Positions 7,813 through 16,727 of a stretch of 38,266 nt of DNA are shown one piece after another; the first letter of the stretch is position 1; each line of letters opens with the position of its first letter. The stretch is taken from assembly GCA_003599365.1 (NCBI GenBank), contig QZJR01000078.1, positions 1 to 38,266 on the forward strand. The letters run 5' to 3'. A program made the position numbers and the translations under genes. Source of the stretch: Deltaproteobacteria bacterium. GTDB lineage: Bacteria > Desulfobacterota > UBA8473. The notes under the pieces are model-generated. The model saw only the letters and a program-made list of their open reading frames with translations. It did not search any database and was not told the DNA's origin.

Positions 7813-10800
7813 ATGTTAAATCTATTTAATTTTTTTAAGAAAGAAGATGCCTGCACACTGCTTACTCCGCTTGAAGGCAAACAAGCTGAAAGATACCGCC
7901 ATTTCAGAGAACTGCTAAAAAACAATTACCTTGCGCTTCACCTGATTGCGGATTTGGAGGAAGCCTGTTACGGAGGCAAACCGTTCACGCTTCACTGGGT
8001 AAGGATGAAATATCAGAAACTTTTTGAAGCAATAAGTAACATTATTTCATCATTTGAAGGTTTATCCAAAAAGGATATTTCATCGCTTATCCGGGCAAGG
8101 GATGTTATCGGCAATGCCATAAATGAAGAGTTCCGTCCCGAATTCGAGTTTCTAAGCAAAGATATTGTTATTCCTTTTGATGCCTTAACAAGTGCGGAAA
8201 TGAAGAAAATGACAGGCTCAAAAGCCGGAAACCTTGCACTTATCCGAAATGTTCTGGGCTTGCCGGTGCCGGACGGATTTGTGGTAACTGCGTATGCGTT
8301 TCAAAAATTCATGGATGCAAACGGTCTGAATGAGCCTGTTGCAGAAGCATTGGAGGAGATGTCTGTTGAATCCGGTGAAGAGATTGAACGGGTCAGCCGG
8401 AAAATCATAGATATGATTATGCAGTCGCCGGTTCCTTCCGAGATCGAAGAAGCATTGATAAACGCTTATGCCGCGCTTGAACAGAAAACTGTGCCTGGCG
8501 TGCATATTGCCGTTAGAAGCAGCGCAATCGGCGAAGATACGGAAGCCTCATTTGCAGGTCAGTATTCGACAGAGCTGAATGTAACAAAAGACCATATTAT
8601 ACATGCCTATAAAACAGTGATCGCAAGCAAGTATTCCGCACGGGCAATTTCTTACCGGACACATTACGGGCTGGATGATAGGGAAACGCCAATGTGTGTA
8701 GCAGGAATTGTGATGCTGAATCCAAAAGCCAGTGGCGTGCTTTACACAAAGAATCCGACCGAACCTTTTTCTGATGCGGTCAAAATCAATGCGGTCTTAG
8801 GGCTTGGGGAGTATCTGGTTGACGGAAGCGCTTCGCCGGATGTGTTTGTGGCAGACAAAAAAAGAAATATCATTTTGGAAAAACATATCGGTTCCAAAGA
8901 ATTTCGGATGGTAAATCTGAGCGGCGGCGGAATAGATTTGGAAAAAATACCCGAATCCGAAAGACAAATTCCTGCTATTGACGATTCCATCCTGTTTCAA
9001 CTGAGAGATTTCGGGCTAAAACTTGAAGAATATTTCGGAAACCCGCAGGATGTGGAATGGGCAGTGGATAAAAACGGAAAACTGTTTATTCTGCAGTCCA
9101 GACCCCTGAATATTACAGACACCAAAGCTTCGGAAGAAAAAATCGAGGTGAATGAGGCAGAGTATCCGGTTCTGATTTCAAGCGGAAAAGCGGCATCGCC
9201 GGGCGTGGCAATCGGAAATGTTTTTATTGTAGCCCCGGATATTGCGCTCAAAGATATTCCTGCCTATTCCATTCTTGTCGCCAAAACCGCATCGCCAAGT
9301 TATGCCGAAGCCATCGGCAGACTGCGAGGAATCATAACCGATATGGGGAGCACAACCAGTCATCTGGCTTCCGTAGCCCGTGAATTCGGAGTGCCGATGC
9401 TGGCGGACACCAAAAACGCCACATCGGTTCTTGCAAATCAGGATACCGTTACCTTTTATGCCGATATTACCAAAGTCTGGCAGGGAGCCGTGCAATCGCT
9501 CGAAAAGCATGTGAAACCTGCCAAACGCCCGATGTTCGAAAGTCCGGTATATCAAAAAACCAGAAAAATCCTTGACCACATTACGCCGCTTCATCTGACA
9601 GACCCCAAATCCCCGTCATTTACCCCTGAAGGATGTAATAGTATTCATGATATTATCAGGTTCACCCACGAAGAGTCCATGAAACAGATGTTTTCTTTCG
9701 GAGAAACCACAGGAAAAGGCATGACTTCCGTGAAACTGACCGCAAACCTTCCGATGTTCTTTTATCTGATTGACATCGGCGGAGGACTTAAGTTCGGGCT
9801 CTCCACCTGCGATGTTGTTACTCCGGACAGTGTGGAATCCATCCCGTTCAAGGCGGTGTGGAAAGGTTTTACGCATCCTGGCATCACATGGTCAGGCGCA
9901 ATTAACCTCAGTATGGGCAATTTTATGACTCTCATGGCTTCGGGAGCAACAGCGGGCGAAATGCCGGGCGCCACGCCCAGTTATGTTCTGATTGCGCAGG
10001 ATTATATGAATATGAGTGCGCGCTTTGGATACCATTTTGCGACCATTGATACGCTTTGCACTGAAGACAGCAACCAGAATTATATCACGCTGCAATTTTC
10101 AGGAGGCGTAGGGACATATTACCGGCGTTCTTTAAGGATTAATTTTCTTGGAAATGTGCTTAAGCGGCTGGGTTTTGAAGTATCTCTCAAAGGAGATCTG
10201 CTGGATGCGGCTCTGATGAGATATGACAAAGCAGCCACAGAGGAAAAGCTCGATCAGTTGGCTCGTCTTCTGGCATGCAGCCGCCTTCTGGACATGGCGA
10301 TTTCAGGTCAGGAACAGGTCGGTGAAATGGCAGAGTCCTTTTTCAGACAGGAATATAATTTTCTTGAAAGAAAACAGGAAAATGACCCAAAGGAATTGTA
10401 TGTTCACACCGGCTTTTGGAAGACGGTTAAAGAAAAGGATCATATTCGCTGCATTCAGGACGGAGCCAAATGGGGAAACGCTCTCACATCAGGGGTTTCA
10501 AAGCTCATGGGCAAAATGTTCGGAGATTCGTATCAGGAATTTTTGGACAACATCGACGCCTATCATTATTTCCCTTTTGCTATCGCCAAAAACAGCGAGA
10601 TTTCAGACGGATCGGCATCGGTTCTTGTCAATGCAGCATCAGGAAGCATTGACAGAGCCGGTGGCCTGGCATTCGGCATCAAAGATGTCTGCAACTATTT
10701 TGTTTTCAGAATTAATGCCCTTGAAGACAACGTGATTCTGTTTGAATTTGACAAATGCAAGAGGTATCAACGAAAGTCATTTAAAAAGAAAATAAATGCC

Positions 10801-10998
10801 GGCGAATGGTATTTGCTTAAAGTGGAAATTACGGGAAATACATTCAAAGGCTTTGTAAACGATGAACTGCTCATGGAATACGAAGCACAGCGAACTTTGA
10901 GCGGATATATCGGGCTTTGGACAAAAGCGGATTCGGTTACCCATTTTGAGAATTTACAGATTCAATCCGAACAGACCGTGAGAACAATTGAATTTTGA
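7813..10998 (+). CDS. PEP-synthase/dikinase-like protein: ATP-grasp (PPDK_N) + phospho-His swivel domain + C-terminal DUF1080/ConA-like beta-sandwich
   Basis: GSKAGNL, VPDGFVVT, AVRSSAIGED, SFAGQY, GLGEYLVDG, QDVEWA and LQSRPL; swivel motif TDMGSTTSHLASVAREFGVP; C-terminal NYFVFRINALEDNV...GYIGLWTKADSVTHFENL. Confidence 0.85.
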   Translation: MLNLFNFFKKEDACTLLTPLEGKQAERYRHFRELLKNNYLALHLIADLEEACYGGKPFTLHWVRMKYQKLFEAISNIISSFEGLSKKDISSLIRARDVIGNAINEEFRPEFEFLSKDIVIPFDALTSAEMKKMTGSKAGNLALIRNVLGLPVPDGFVVTAYAFQKFMDANGLNEPVAEALEEMSVESGEEIERVSRKIIDMIMQSPVPSEIEEALINAYAALEQKTVPGVHIAVRSSAIGEDTEASFAGQYSTELNVTKDHIIHAYKTVIASKYSARAISYRTHYGLDDRETPMCVAGIVMLNPKASGVLYTKNPTEPFSDAVKINAVLGLGEYLVDGSASPDVFVADKKRNIILEKHIGSKEFRMVNLSGGGIDLEKIPESERQIPAIDDSILFQLRDFGLKLEEYFGNPQDVEWAVDKNGKLFILQSRPLNITDTKASEEKIEVNEAEYPVLISSGKAASPGVAIGNVFIVAPDIALKDIPAYSILVAKTASPSYAEAIGRLRGIITDMGSTTSHLASVAREFGVPMLADTKNATSVLANQDTVTFYADITKVWQGAVQSLEKHVKPAKRPMFESPVYQKTRKILDHITPLHLTDPKSPSFTPEGCNSIHDIIRFTHEESMKQMFSFGETTGKGMTSVKLTANLPMFFYLIDIGGGLKFGLSTCDVVTPDSVESIPFKAVWKGFTHPGITWSGAINLSMGNFMTLMASGATAGEMPGATPSYVLIAQDYMNMSARFGYHFATIDTLCTEDSNQNYITLQFSGGVGTYYRRSLRINFLGNVLKRLGFEVSLKGDLLDAALMRYDKAATEEKLDQLARLLACSRLLDMAISGQEQVGEMAESFFRQEYNFLERKQENDPKELYVHTGFWKTVKEKDHIRCIQDGAKWGNALTSGVSKLMGKMFGDSYQEFLDNIDAYHYFPFAIAKNSEISDGSASVLVNAASGSIDRAGGLAFGIKDVCNYFVFRINALEDNVILFEFDKCKRYQRKSFKKKINAGEWYLLKVEITGNTFKGFVNDELLMEYEAQRTLSGYIGLWTKADSVTHFENLQIQSEQTVRTIEF

Positions 10999-12232
10999 CA
11001 GTCTGAAATCAGATATTATACTTCTTTTTTCGACACGCATTATACGTTTGTTTGCTTATGGCTTTCTGTCGGTTGTGCTGGTGTTGTACTTGGCGGAAAT
11101 CGGATTGAGCGGCTATGAAATCGGTCTGCTGCTGTCGCTGACGCTGCTCGGAGATGTGGCGGTTTCGCTGTGGATTACTACCGTTACGGACCGCATTGGC
11201 AGGAAACGGATGCTCATTTTCGGCTCTGTCCTGATGGTATCGGCAGGAGCGGTATTTGTTTTTACAAAGAACCCGCTATTTCTGACCGTCGCCGCTATTG
11301 TCGGCATCATCAGCCCGAGCGGAAACGAAATCGGCCCTTTTCTTTCCATAGAACAGGCTGCCCTGTCGCAACTGCTTCCGGATCAAAGACGCACCCATGT
11401 ATTCGGATGGTACAATCTTGCCGGATCATTTGCCACAGCCCTTGGGGCGCTTTGCAGCGGATGGCTGGTAGAATCTTTGCAAAAATCAGGGTTCACAATG
11501 TCAGACGCATACCGCTGTGTTTTATTCGGTTATTCTGCCTGCGGATTGCTGCTGATTCTGTTATTTATCGGACTGTCATCGGGTGTTGAAACAGGCAAAA
11601 CCCCGACCGTAAAGTGCAAAATGGGGCTTCACCGTTCGAGGAAGGTAGTCATCAAATTAAGCGCCTTGTTTTCTCTTGATGCGTTTGCAGGCGGCTTTAT
11701 CGTTCAAAGTATAGTGGCATACTGGTTTCATATCCGTTTCGGCGCCGATACAGGCGTTTTAGGCAGTATCTTTTTCGGGGCAAATATTCTGGCTGGAATT
11801 TCAGCGCTGCTTGCCGCCCGTATTGCAAAACGCATCGGGCTTATCAAAACAATGGTTTTTACGCATATTCCGTCAAATATACTGCTGTGTATTGTGCCTC
11901 TGATGCCGAATCTTGCATTGGCAATTTCTGTGTTGATGCTGCGTTTCAGTATTTCACAGATGGATGTGCCTACCCGTCAGTCATATATAATGGCGGTTGT
12001 GCTTCCTGATGAACGGGTTGCGGCATCCGGCATTACAAACATTGCCCGTTCAATAGGGGCCGCAGTATCGCCTTCTTTAAGCATATTTTTCTTTGCTAAT
12101 CCATTGTTTATCAGCGCTCCTTTTTTTCTGGCAGGCGGTCTGAAAATAATTTACGATTTGTGCCTTTACCACATGTTTCAGAATATCAAGCCGCCCGAAG
12201 AGAAAGGCACGCTAGTTGAGATGAAAAAATAA
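10988..12232 (+). CDS. MFS transporter
   Basis: About 12 hydrophobic segments, motif A (TDRIGRKRML), and MDVPTRQSY. The start overlaps the dikinase-like gene end. Confidence 0.9.
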   Translation: MNFDSLKSDIILLFSTRIIRLFAYGFLSVVLVLYLAEIGLSGYEIGLLLSLTLLGDVAVSLWITTVTDRIGRKRMLIFGSVLMVSAGAVFVFTKNPLFLTVAAIVGIISPSGNEIGPFLSIEQAALSQLLPDQRRTHVFGWYNLAGSFATALGALCSGWLVESLQKSGFTMSDAYRCVLFGYSACGLLLILLFIGLSSGVETGKTPTVKCKMGLHRSRKVVIKLSALFSLDAFAGGFIVQSIVAYWFHIRFGADTGVLGSIFFGANILAGISALLAARIAKRIGLIKTMVFTHIPSNILLCIVPLMPNLALAISVLMLRFSISQMDVPTRQSYIMAVVLPDERVAASGITNIARSIGAAVSPSLSIFFFANPLFISAPFFLAGGLKIIYDLCLYHMFQNIKPPEEKGTLVEMKK

Positions 12233-12513
12233 ATCGCCAAAGTCTCTTGTCAAATTTCCTGGTCAGGCCACACTTACTACAAGGCTTCTGACCTGTTGAT
12301 AACTCCCACAACTTTTTTACTATCGCAGCGAGGACAATTTTTCATAGCTGATTTCTACATTACATCAGCTAATTATCAAAGAACTAAGTGCAATTTAAAT
12401 GGGGAATTACCTTTAATTTAAAGGCATCTAAGATATGCTACAGTTCCTCCCGCGCGCCGCACTGTTTCGGAAAATCGTCCATATCTCCTTGATTCCATCT
12501 GCTGATTTCGCTA

Positions 12514-12570
12514 ACCATTTCGCTCGATTAAATCCTGACAGACTCGTCAAAACCGGTTGACAAGCAGGCC
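12514..12570 (+). repeat. Degenerate copy of the promoter region at 16040-16094
   Basis: 22-bp identity aaaaccggttgacaagcaggcc (12549-12570 = 16073-16094), plus shared accattt and aaatcctga upstream. Confidence 0.8.
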
Positions 12571-12599
12571 CGATTTTTGCCATTGATGATCTGAACAGA

Positions 12600-14243
12600 C
12601 GGTCAACTAAGGACTGCCTCATATTCAATTTTGTTGCCACCAATACCATAGAAGGCAGGGTTCTCCGGAGGCTGCTGGAAAGACTCCAGGAAATACGCAA
12701 TGCCCTTGATGATGATGCAGTGTTCAATGTTGTGGGAGAAGTCCTTCCGGCTGTTCATATAGAACGCATCCTTCGTGACTATTATGCAGGCAGGCTTGGA
12801 GACGCTGATCTCGAAGAACGCCTGCTTGAAAACGTGGATGAGAGGCAGTTTCGAGCTATCTGCCAGAATGCACTGGAAGGTCTGGCATCAAAAACACTTA
12901 ATCTGGAAATGCTGATAGAACGCCGCGCCCGATCACAGGAATGCCGTGTAGTGCCTGAGACTATAGCCAGGTTTATCCGCGAAGCGGCCGAATACGTTCC
13001 ACTCAAGCTCAAGACATTAGATAATATGCCTCACACATTTGAACCGGCGCGAACCCCTGTAATTCTCCAAAAATACGAGCGGGAACCCAACTGGAAATTA
13101 CCTGCATTAGCAGTCAAATACCCGCGTTGTTCCACCGACCGCGTCACGGCTGAAACCCACAATCTCGAATGGGTAACACCTGGCCACCCACTTTTTGAAG
13201 CAATTCGCAGGCACACCTTTGAAAAAGCCGTTGAAACATTCGGTAAAGGCGCTTGTTTCTATTCCTTACAGCACGAAGTTCCATCCCGTATCGACTTCTA
13301 TCGGGCACGAGTTGTTGATGGCTTAGGGCAGGTTGTTCACGAACGGCTTTTTGCGGTGGAGATTAGGGACAATACCGGCCCATGTCTCCGTGAGTCGAAC
13401 ATGCTCGGAGATTTTATGCCTGCCGAAGCGCCGGAAGAAATCCCGGGTGTTACTTCAGTGCCTGAAGCTTCTGCGTGGCTGCACAAGAATGCTCTTGAGG
13501 CATTTCTCGAAGAAACACGCAAAGAGCGCTTGGCAGAGGTACAACGCATTGCTGAGCACGTGGAACTTTCGCTTACCGAACTGCTTCAACGGGCGGATGA
13601 AGAGATTGGGAAGGCCATGGAGGACAGGGAGAAAGGTATTGCCGGAGCAGACGGACGTATGGCTCAGGCAGAAAACCGACACGCCGAACTTATGGCCCGC
13701 CGCGAACGTCGCAGACAGGAACTCGAACGCCAGGGGGCGTTGTCGCTTCAGGCTATAGAACGTATTACAAGCATTATTGTCCTTCCTCATCCCGAACGCG
13801 AAGCGCCTGACGTCCGTAGTATGCGGCCGAATTCGGAGACTGAAGCCATTGCCATGAAAGTGGTAATGGATTATGAAAAGGTTAAGGGTCGACAAGTTTA
13901 CGATGTTCACGAGAAGAACCTTGGCTACGATATCACCAGTTTGGACATCAACTCCGGAGAACTGCGTCTCATTGAGGTGAAGGGGATAGGCGATGTCACG
14001 GGGACGATTTTGCTTTCGCCCAACGAACGCCGTGTAGCAGAAGACTGGCGAGACTGCTATTGGCTCTATGTAGTGACAAGTTGCAATACAACGCCGACCA
14101 TGCAGGAACCTATCAAAGACCCAGCACGTTTTCCATGGCGCGAGGTTACAAAGGTTGCCCACTACCGGCTCGAAGTAAACGCCATGACGAGACCGATGAT
14201 GGTCAGGGAGGATAAACCACCGTATGGAAGACAGAAACCATGA
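12600..14243 (+). pseudogene. 5'-truncated SNF2-family helicase with C-terminal DUF3883 (NOV_C, PD-(D/E)xK-like) domain
   Basis: Upstream of the GTG 12720 ORF the frame reads KDCLIFNFVATNTIEGRVLRRLLERLQEIR, the segment after helicase motif VI. The C-terminus has NLGYDITS...RLIEVKG...NE...YWLYVV. No Walker A or DExH is present. Confidence 0.75.
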
Positions 14244-15288
14244 GATCCTTTGAATATGGATATTATCTTGAAACGCCGCTTTCCCATGCGCTTCTGATGA
14301 CAATGCGATCATTGGGTGAATTCAGAGGTCGCCAGACACTTTATACCGACCAGTTTCCTGAAGTTCTGGATACATTACGGCGGGTCGCTATTATACAGAG
14401 CACGGAATCATCGAACAGAATCGAGGGCATTACCGTTGGCCCGGGTAGAATCGAAGCCATTGTTTCAAAGAAAGCCAGCCCTCGCGACCGTTCCGAGCAG
14501 GAAGTCGCAGGATACAGAGATTTCTTGCATCCATCCATACCAACCATGCCGGGCTTGAAGTTTCAAACAGCCTCATCCTGGACTGGCATCGAGCCCTATA
14601 CCGTTTCACCAATGAAATGGGTGGAAAATGGAAAGAAAAGGACAATGCTATTCTTGAAGTTAGACAGGATGGGCGTCAAGTGGTGCGCTTTCAGCCCGTG
14701 TCCGCGCTGGCCACACCGGATTTTATGAACGGCCTGAGTAAGCTGTTCAAGCAGGCCACGGACAATGCTGAAACCGACCCTCTGCTGCAAATTGCCACGT
14801 TTGTTTTTGATTTTGAATGTATTCATCCTTTCAAAGACGGGAACGGACGTATCGGACGTCTGCTTACGCTTCTTCTCCTCTATCACGCCGGGTATGAAGT
14901 CGGCGGATACATAAGTCTGGAACGCATCATTGAAGACAGCAAGGATACCTATTACGAAGCGCTCAACAAAAGCTCGCAAGGCTGGCATGAGGGAAAGCAT
15001 GATCTTCGTCCCTGGTGGAATTATTTCCTAGGGATGCTGATTGCAGCTTACAAGGATTTTGAAGACAGGGTCGGAAAAATAACGTCAGCAAGGGGCGCAA
15101 AGAGAGAAATGGTGATAAATGCCATTGAAAGTCTGTCTGAGAAGTTTACGATCGGCGACCTCAGACGAGCCTGCCCCGGTGTGAGCTATCCCACCCTTCA
15201 GCGCGCTCTTGCCGATTTGAGAAAGGAAAAGAAGGTAAGGTGTCTCGGCAGGGGGCCTGATGCAGAATGGGAGCACATCAAGGGTTGA
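14240..15288 (+). pseudogene. Fic-family protein with C-terminal HTH, split by a 1-nt frameshift near 14521
   Basis: The 5' frame gives STESSNRIEG...SEQEVAGYRD. The second frame continues LASIHTNHAG...WHRALY...GGKWK...HPFKDGNGRIGR...CPGVS. Confidence 0.88.
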
Positions 15289-15326
15289 TAAGATAATCTT
15301 ATCACGACATGCTGAAGTGATAAGAT
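15286..15326. promoter_or_regulatory. Nested inverted repeats at the Fic stop codon (putative protein-binding site)
   Basis: tgataagat-a-atcttatca and atcttatcac-N11-gtgataagat. Confidence 0.4.
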
Positions 15327-15354
15327 TGCAACGGTGTGGCTGATCCAAAAGTTG

Positions 15355-15495
15355 ATGGCCGAGCTGTTCCAATATGAAAAGTTCCGGAAACAGATGCTGA
15401 ACGCGCCCTCTCCCGTGGAGCGGCATTTCCTAGAAGCGGTCCGGGAGGTTAAAGAACTGGAGAAGGTCAAAACAGCAAGCTCGAAGAAGCAGTGA
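15355..15495 (+). pseudogene. C-terminal stub resembling RhuM-family proteins
   Basis: QYEKFRKQMLNAPSPVERHFLEAVREVKELEK...* recalls the RhuM C-terminus. Recognition from memory only. Confidence 0.45.
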
Positions 15496-15541
15496 AAGGA
15501 TGCTGGCGGGAAATGGACGGCAAACAAGGACAAGTCATGAG

Positions 15542-15590
15542 TGACAGCATCGTAAAAAGTAAATTTTCCCATCCCCCGGCGGGAGGGGAC
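15542..15590 (+). repeat. Half MITE: terminal-repeat-like end plus one REP-type arm, fused to the norB duplicate
   Basis: tgacagcatcgtaaaaagt resembles tgatggcttcgtaaaaagt at 38147. It is followed by the GC-rich arm cccatcccccggcgggagggga. Confidence 0.55.
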
Positions 15591-15954
15591 TTACGGTCTT
15601 CTAGCCATCGGTTTGCTTTTGTTTTCCATGCGGGGGTTAGTCAGGGAGGATGGATGGAGTGACGGGTCACTCAAGGTCTCTTTCTGGGGAACTAATATCG
15701 GGCTTTTTATTATTTTCATCGGGACTTTATTGCCTATCGGTATCCTCCAGGTTCTTGATAATATCAAATACGGCTTCTGGCATGCCCGTTCAGATGAATT
15801 CTGGTTCCAGGATACCATTCAATTATTAGGACAAATCAGGGCGTTGCCAGACCTGCTGATTATCCTTGGCGCTGGTAGGATCCTCCTGTTCATGGTTAAG
15901 GCGATAACCAGACTGAAACAGGCTGAGGTGAAATCTGGTGAAAGGTTTGATTAG
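15586..15954 (+). pseudogene. norB: Second copy of the 3' end of qNOR (norB fragment)
   Basis: Ungapped match to 2366-2734 (offset 13,220 bp). Manual count gives about 42 mismatches in 370 bp (~89%), many at third codon positions. Confidence 0.95.
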
Positions 15955-16080
15955 CGGGCAGGGGAAATAGAGAAGGTTATCGAATACCTCTTCCCTACCG
16001 TGAAGAGTGTGATGGATATTACACCAGTTGGTCTCGGTGACCATTTTACTACGTCAAATCCTGAAACTCGGAAAAACCGG

Positions 16081-16108
16081 TTGACAAGCAGGCCGGTTTC
16101 CATATAAT
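16081..16108 (+). promoter_or_regulatory. Consensus sigma70 promoter
   Basis: TTGACA (16081-16086), 16-bp spacer, TATAAT (16103-16108). Confidence 0.75.
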
Positions 16109-16144
16109 CTAAACTCTAAACCAGTTTGTTCTAATCGTATAAGA

Positions 16145-16192
16145 TGGAAATTCCGGAAGGAAGAAGTGGACGGCTGGGTGAAGTCGGGGTAA
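16145..16192 (+). pseudogene. C-terminal stub of an excisionase-like HTH_17 regulator
   Basis: WKFRKEEVDGWVKSG* is the typical end of small excisionase-family DNA-binding proteins that head defence operons. Confidence 0.55.
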
Positions 16193-16208
16193 AAAGGAGG
16201 GAAGGCAT

Positions 16209-16499
16209 GTGGAATTAGAGAAAAGTCTAAGACTGAAACGCAACGATATCCTACTTCTGGCTTCACGGCACGGGGCAAAAAATGTCAGAATTTTCGGTTC
16301 TGCCGCCAGAGGAGAAGCAGTGCAGGAAAGCGACGTGGACTTTTTGGTAAAAATGGAAGATGGACGTAGCCTCCTCGATCTTAGCGCTCTTGTCGCGGAT
16401 CTTCAGGATATTCTTGGGCGGAGGGTAGACGTTGTTTCTGAAGACGGTCTTTACTGGCTGCTGCGACGGAAGATTCTCAAGGAGGCTAAGCCGTTATGA
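16209..16499 (+). CDS. Minimal nucleotidyltransferase (MntA-type antitoxin)
   Basis: RIFGSAARGE...SDVDFLV...LGRRVDVV. RBS aggagg. Stop overlaps the next start (ATGA). Confidence 0.9.
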   Translation: MELEKSLRLKRNDILLLASRHGAKNVRIFGSAARGEAVQESDVDFLVKMEDGRSLLDLSALVADLQDILGRRVDVVSEDGLYWLLRRKILKEAKPL

Positions 16500-16707
16500 C
16501 GAAAGATTCCCGTGTTTACCTAGTCCAGATACTTGAGCGGATCGAGAGAATCATTCAGTATACTGCCACTGGAAGGAACACTTTTTTTTCAGACCCGCTA
16601 ATCCAGGATGCCGTCATCAGAAATTTCAGGTTTCTATTTCTGCAATTCTCCCGCCGCTTGATCAGATCGAAAAGGAGCTTGCCGGCGATGAAAAAACAAG
16701 CGAATAA
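16496..16707 (+). pseudogene. HepT-like (DUF86/HEPN) RNase toxin with an internal deletion and frameshift
   Basis: MTKDSRVYLVQILERIERI...QDAVIRNF is a DUF86 N-terminus. There is no RxxxxH motif, and a C-terminal-like tail (ISAILPPLDQIEKELAG..*) follows in another frame from 16627. Confidence 0.75.
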
Positions 16708-16727
16708 GAGAAAGTAAAAAAGCAAAA

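Noticed and set aside
7813-10998. Gene symbol ppsA/ppdK
   Set aside because: The PEP/pyruvate-binding C-terminal barrel motifs are not visible.
12293-12303. DnaA-box-like tgttgataa
   Set aside because: Single mismatched copy with no origin context.
13455-14312. 285-aa minus-strand ORF, and other antisense or overlapping ORFs such as 5642-6271 and 959-1459
   Set aside because: These are shadows of well-supported genes on the opposite strand or frame and have no motifs.
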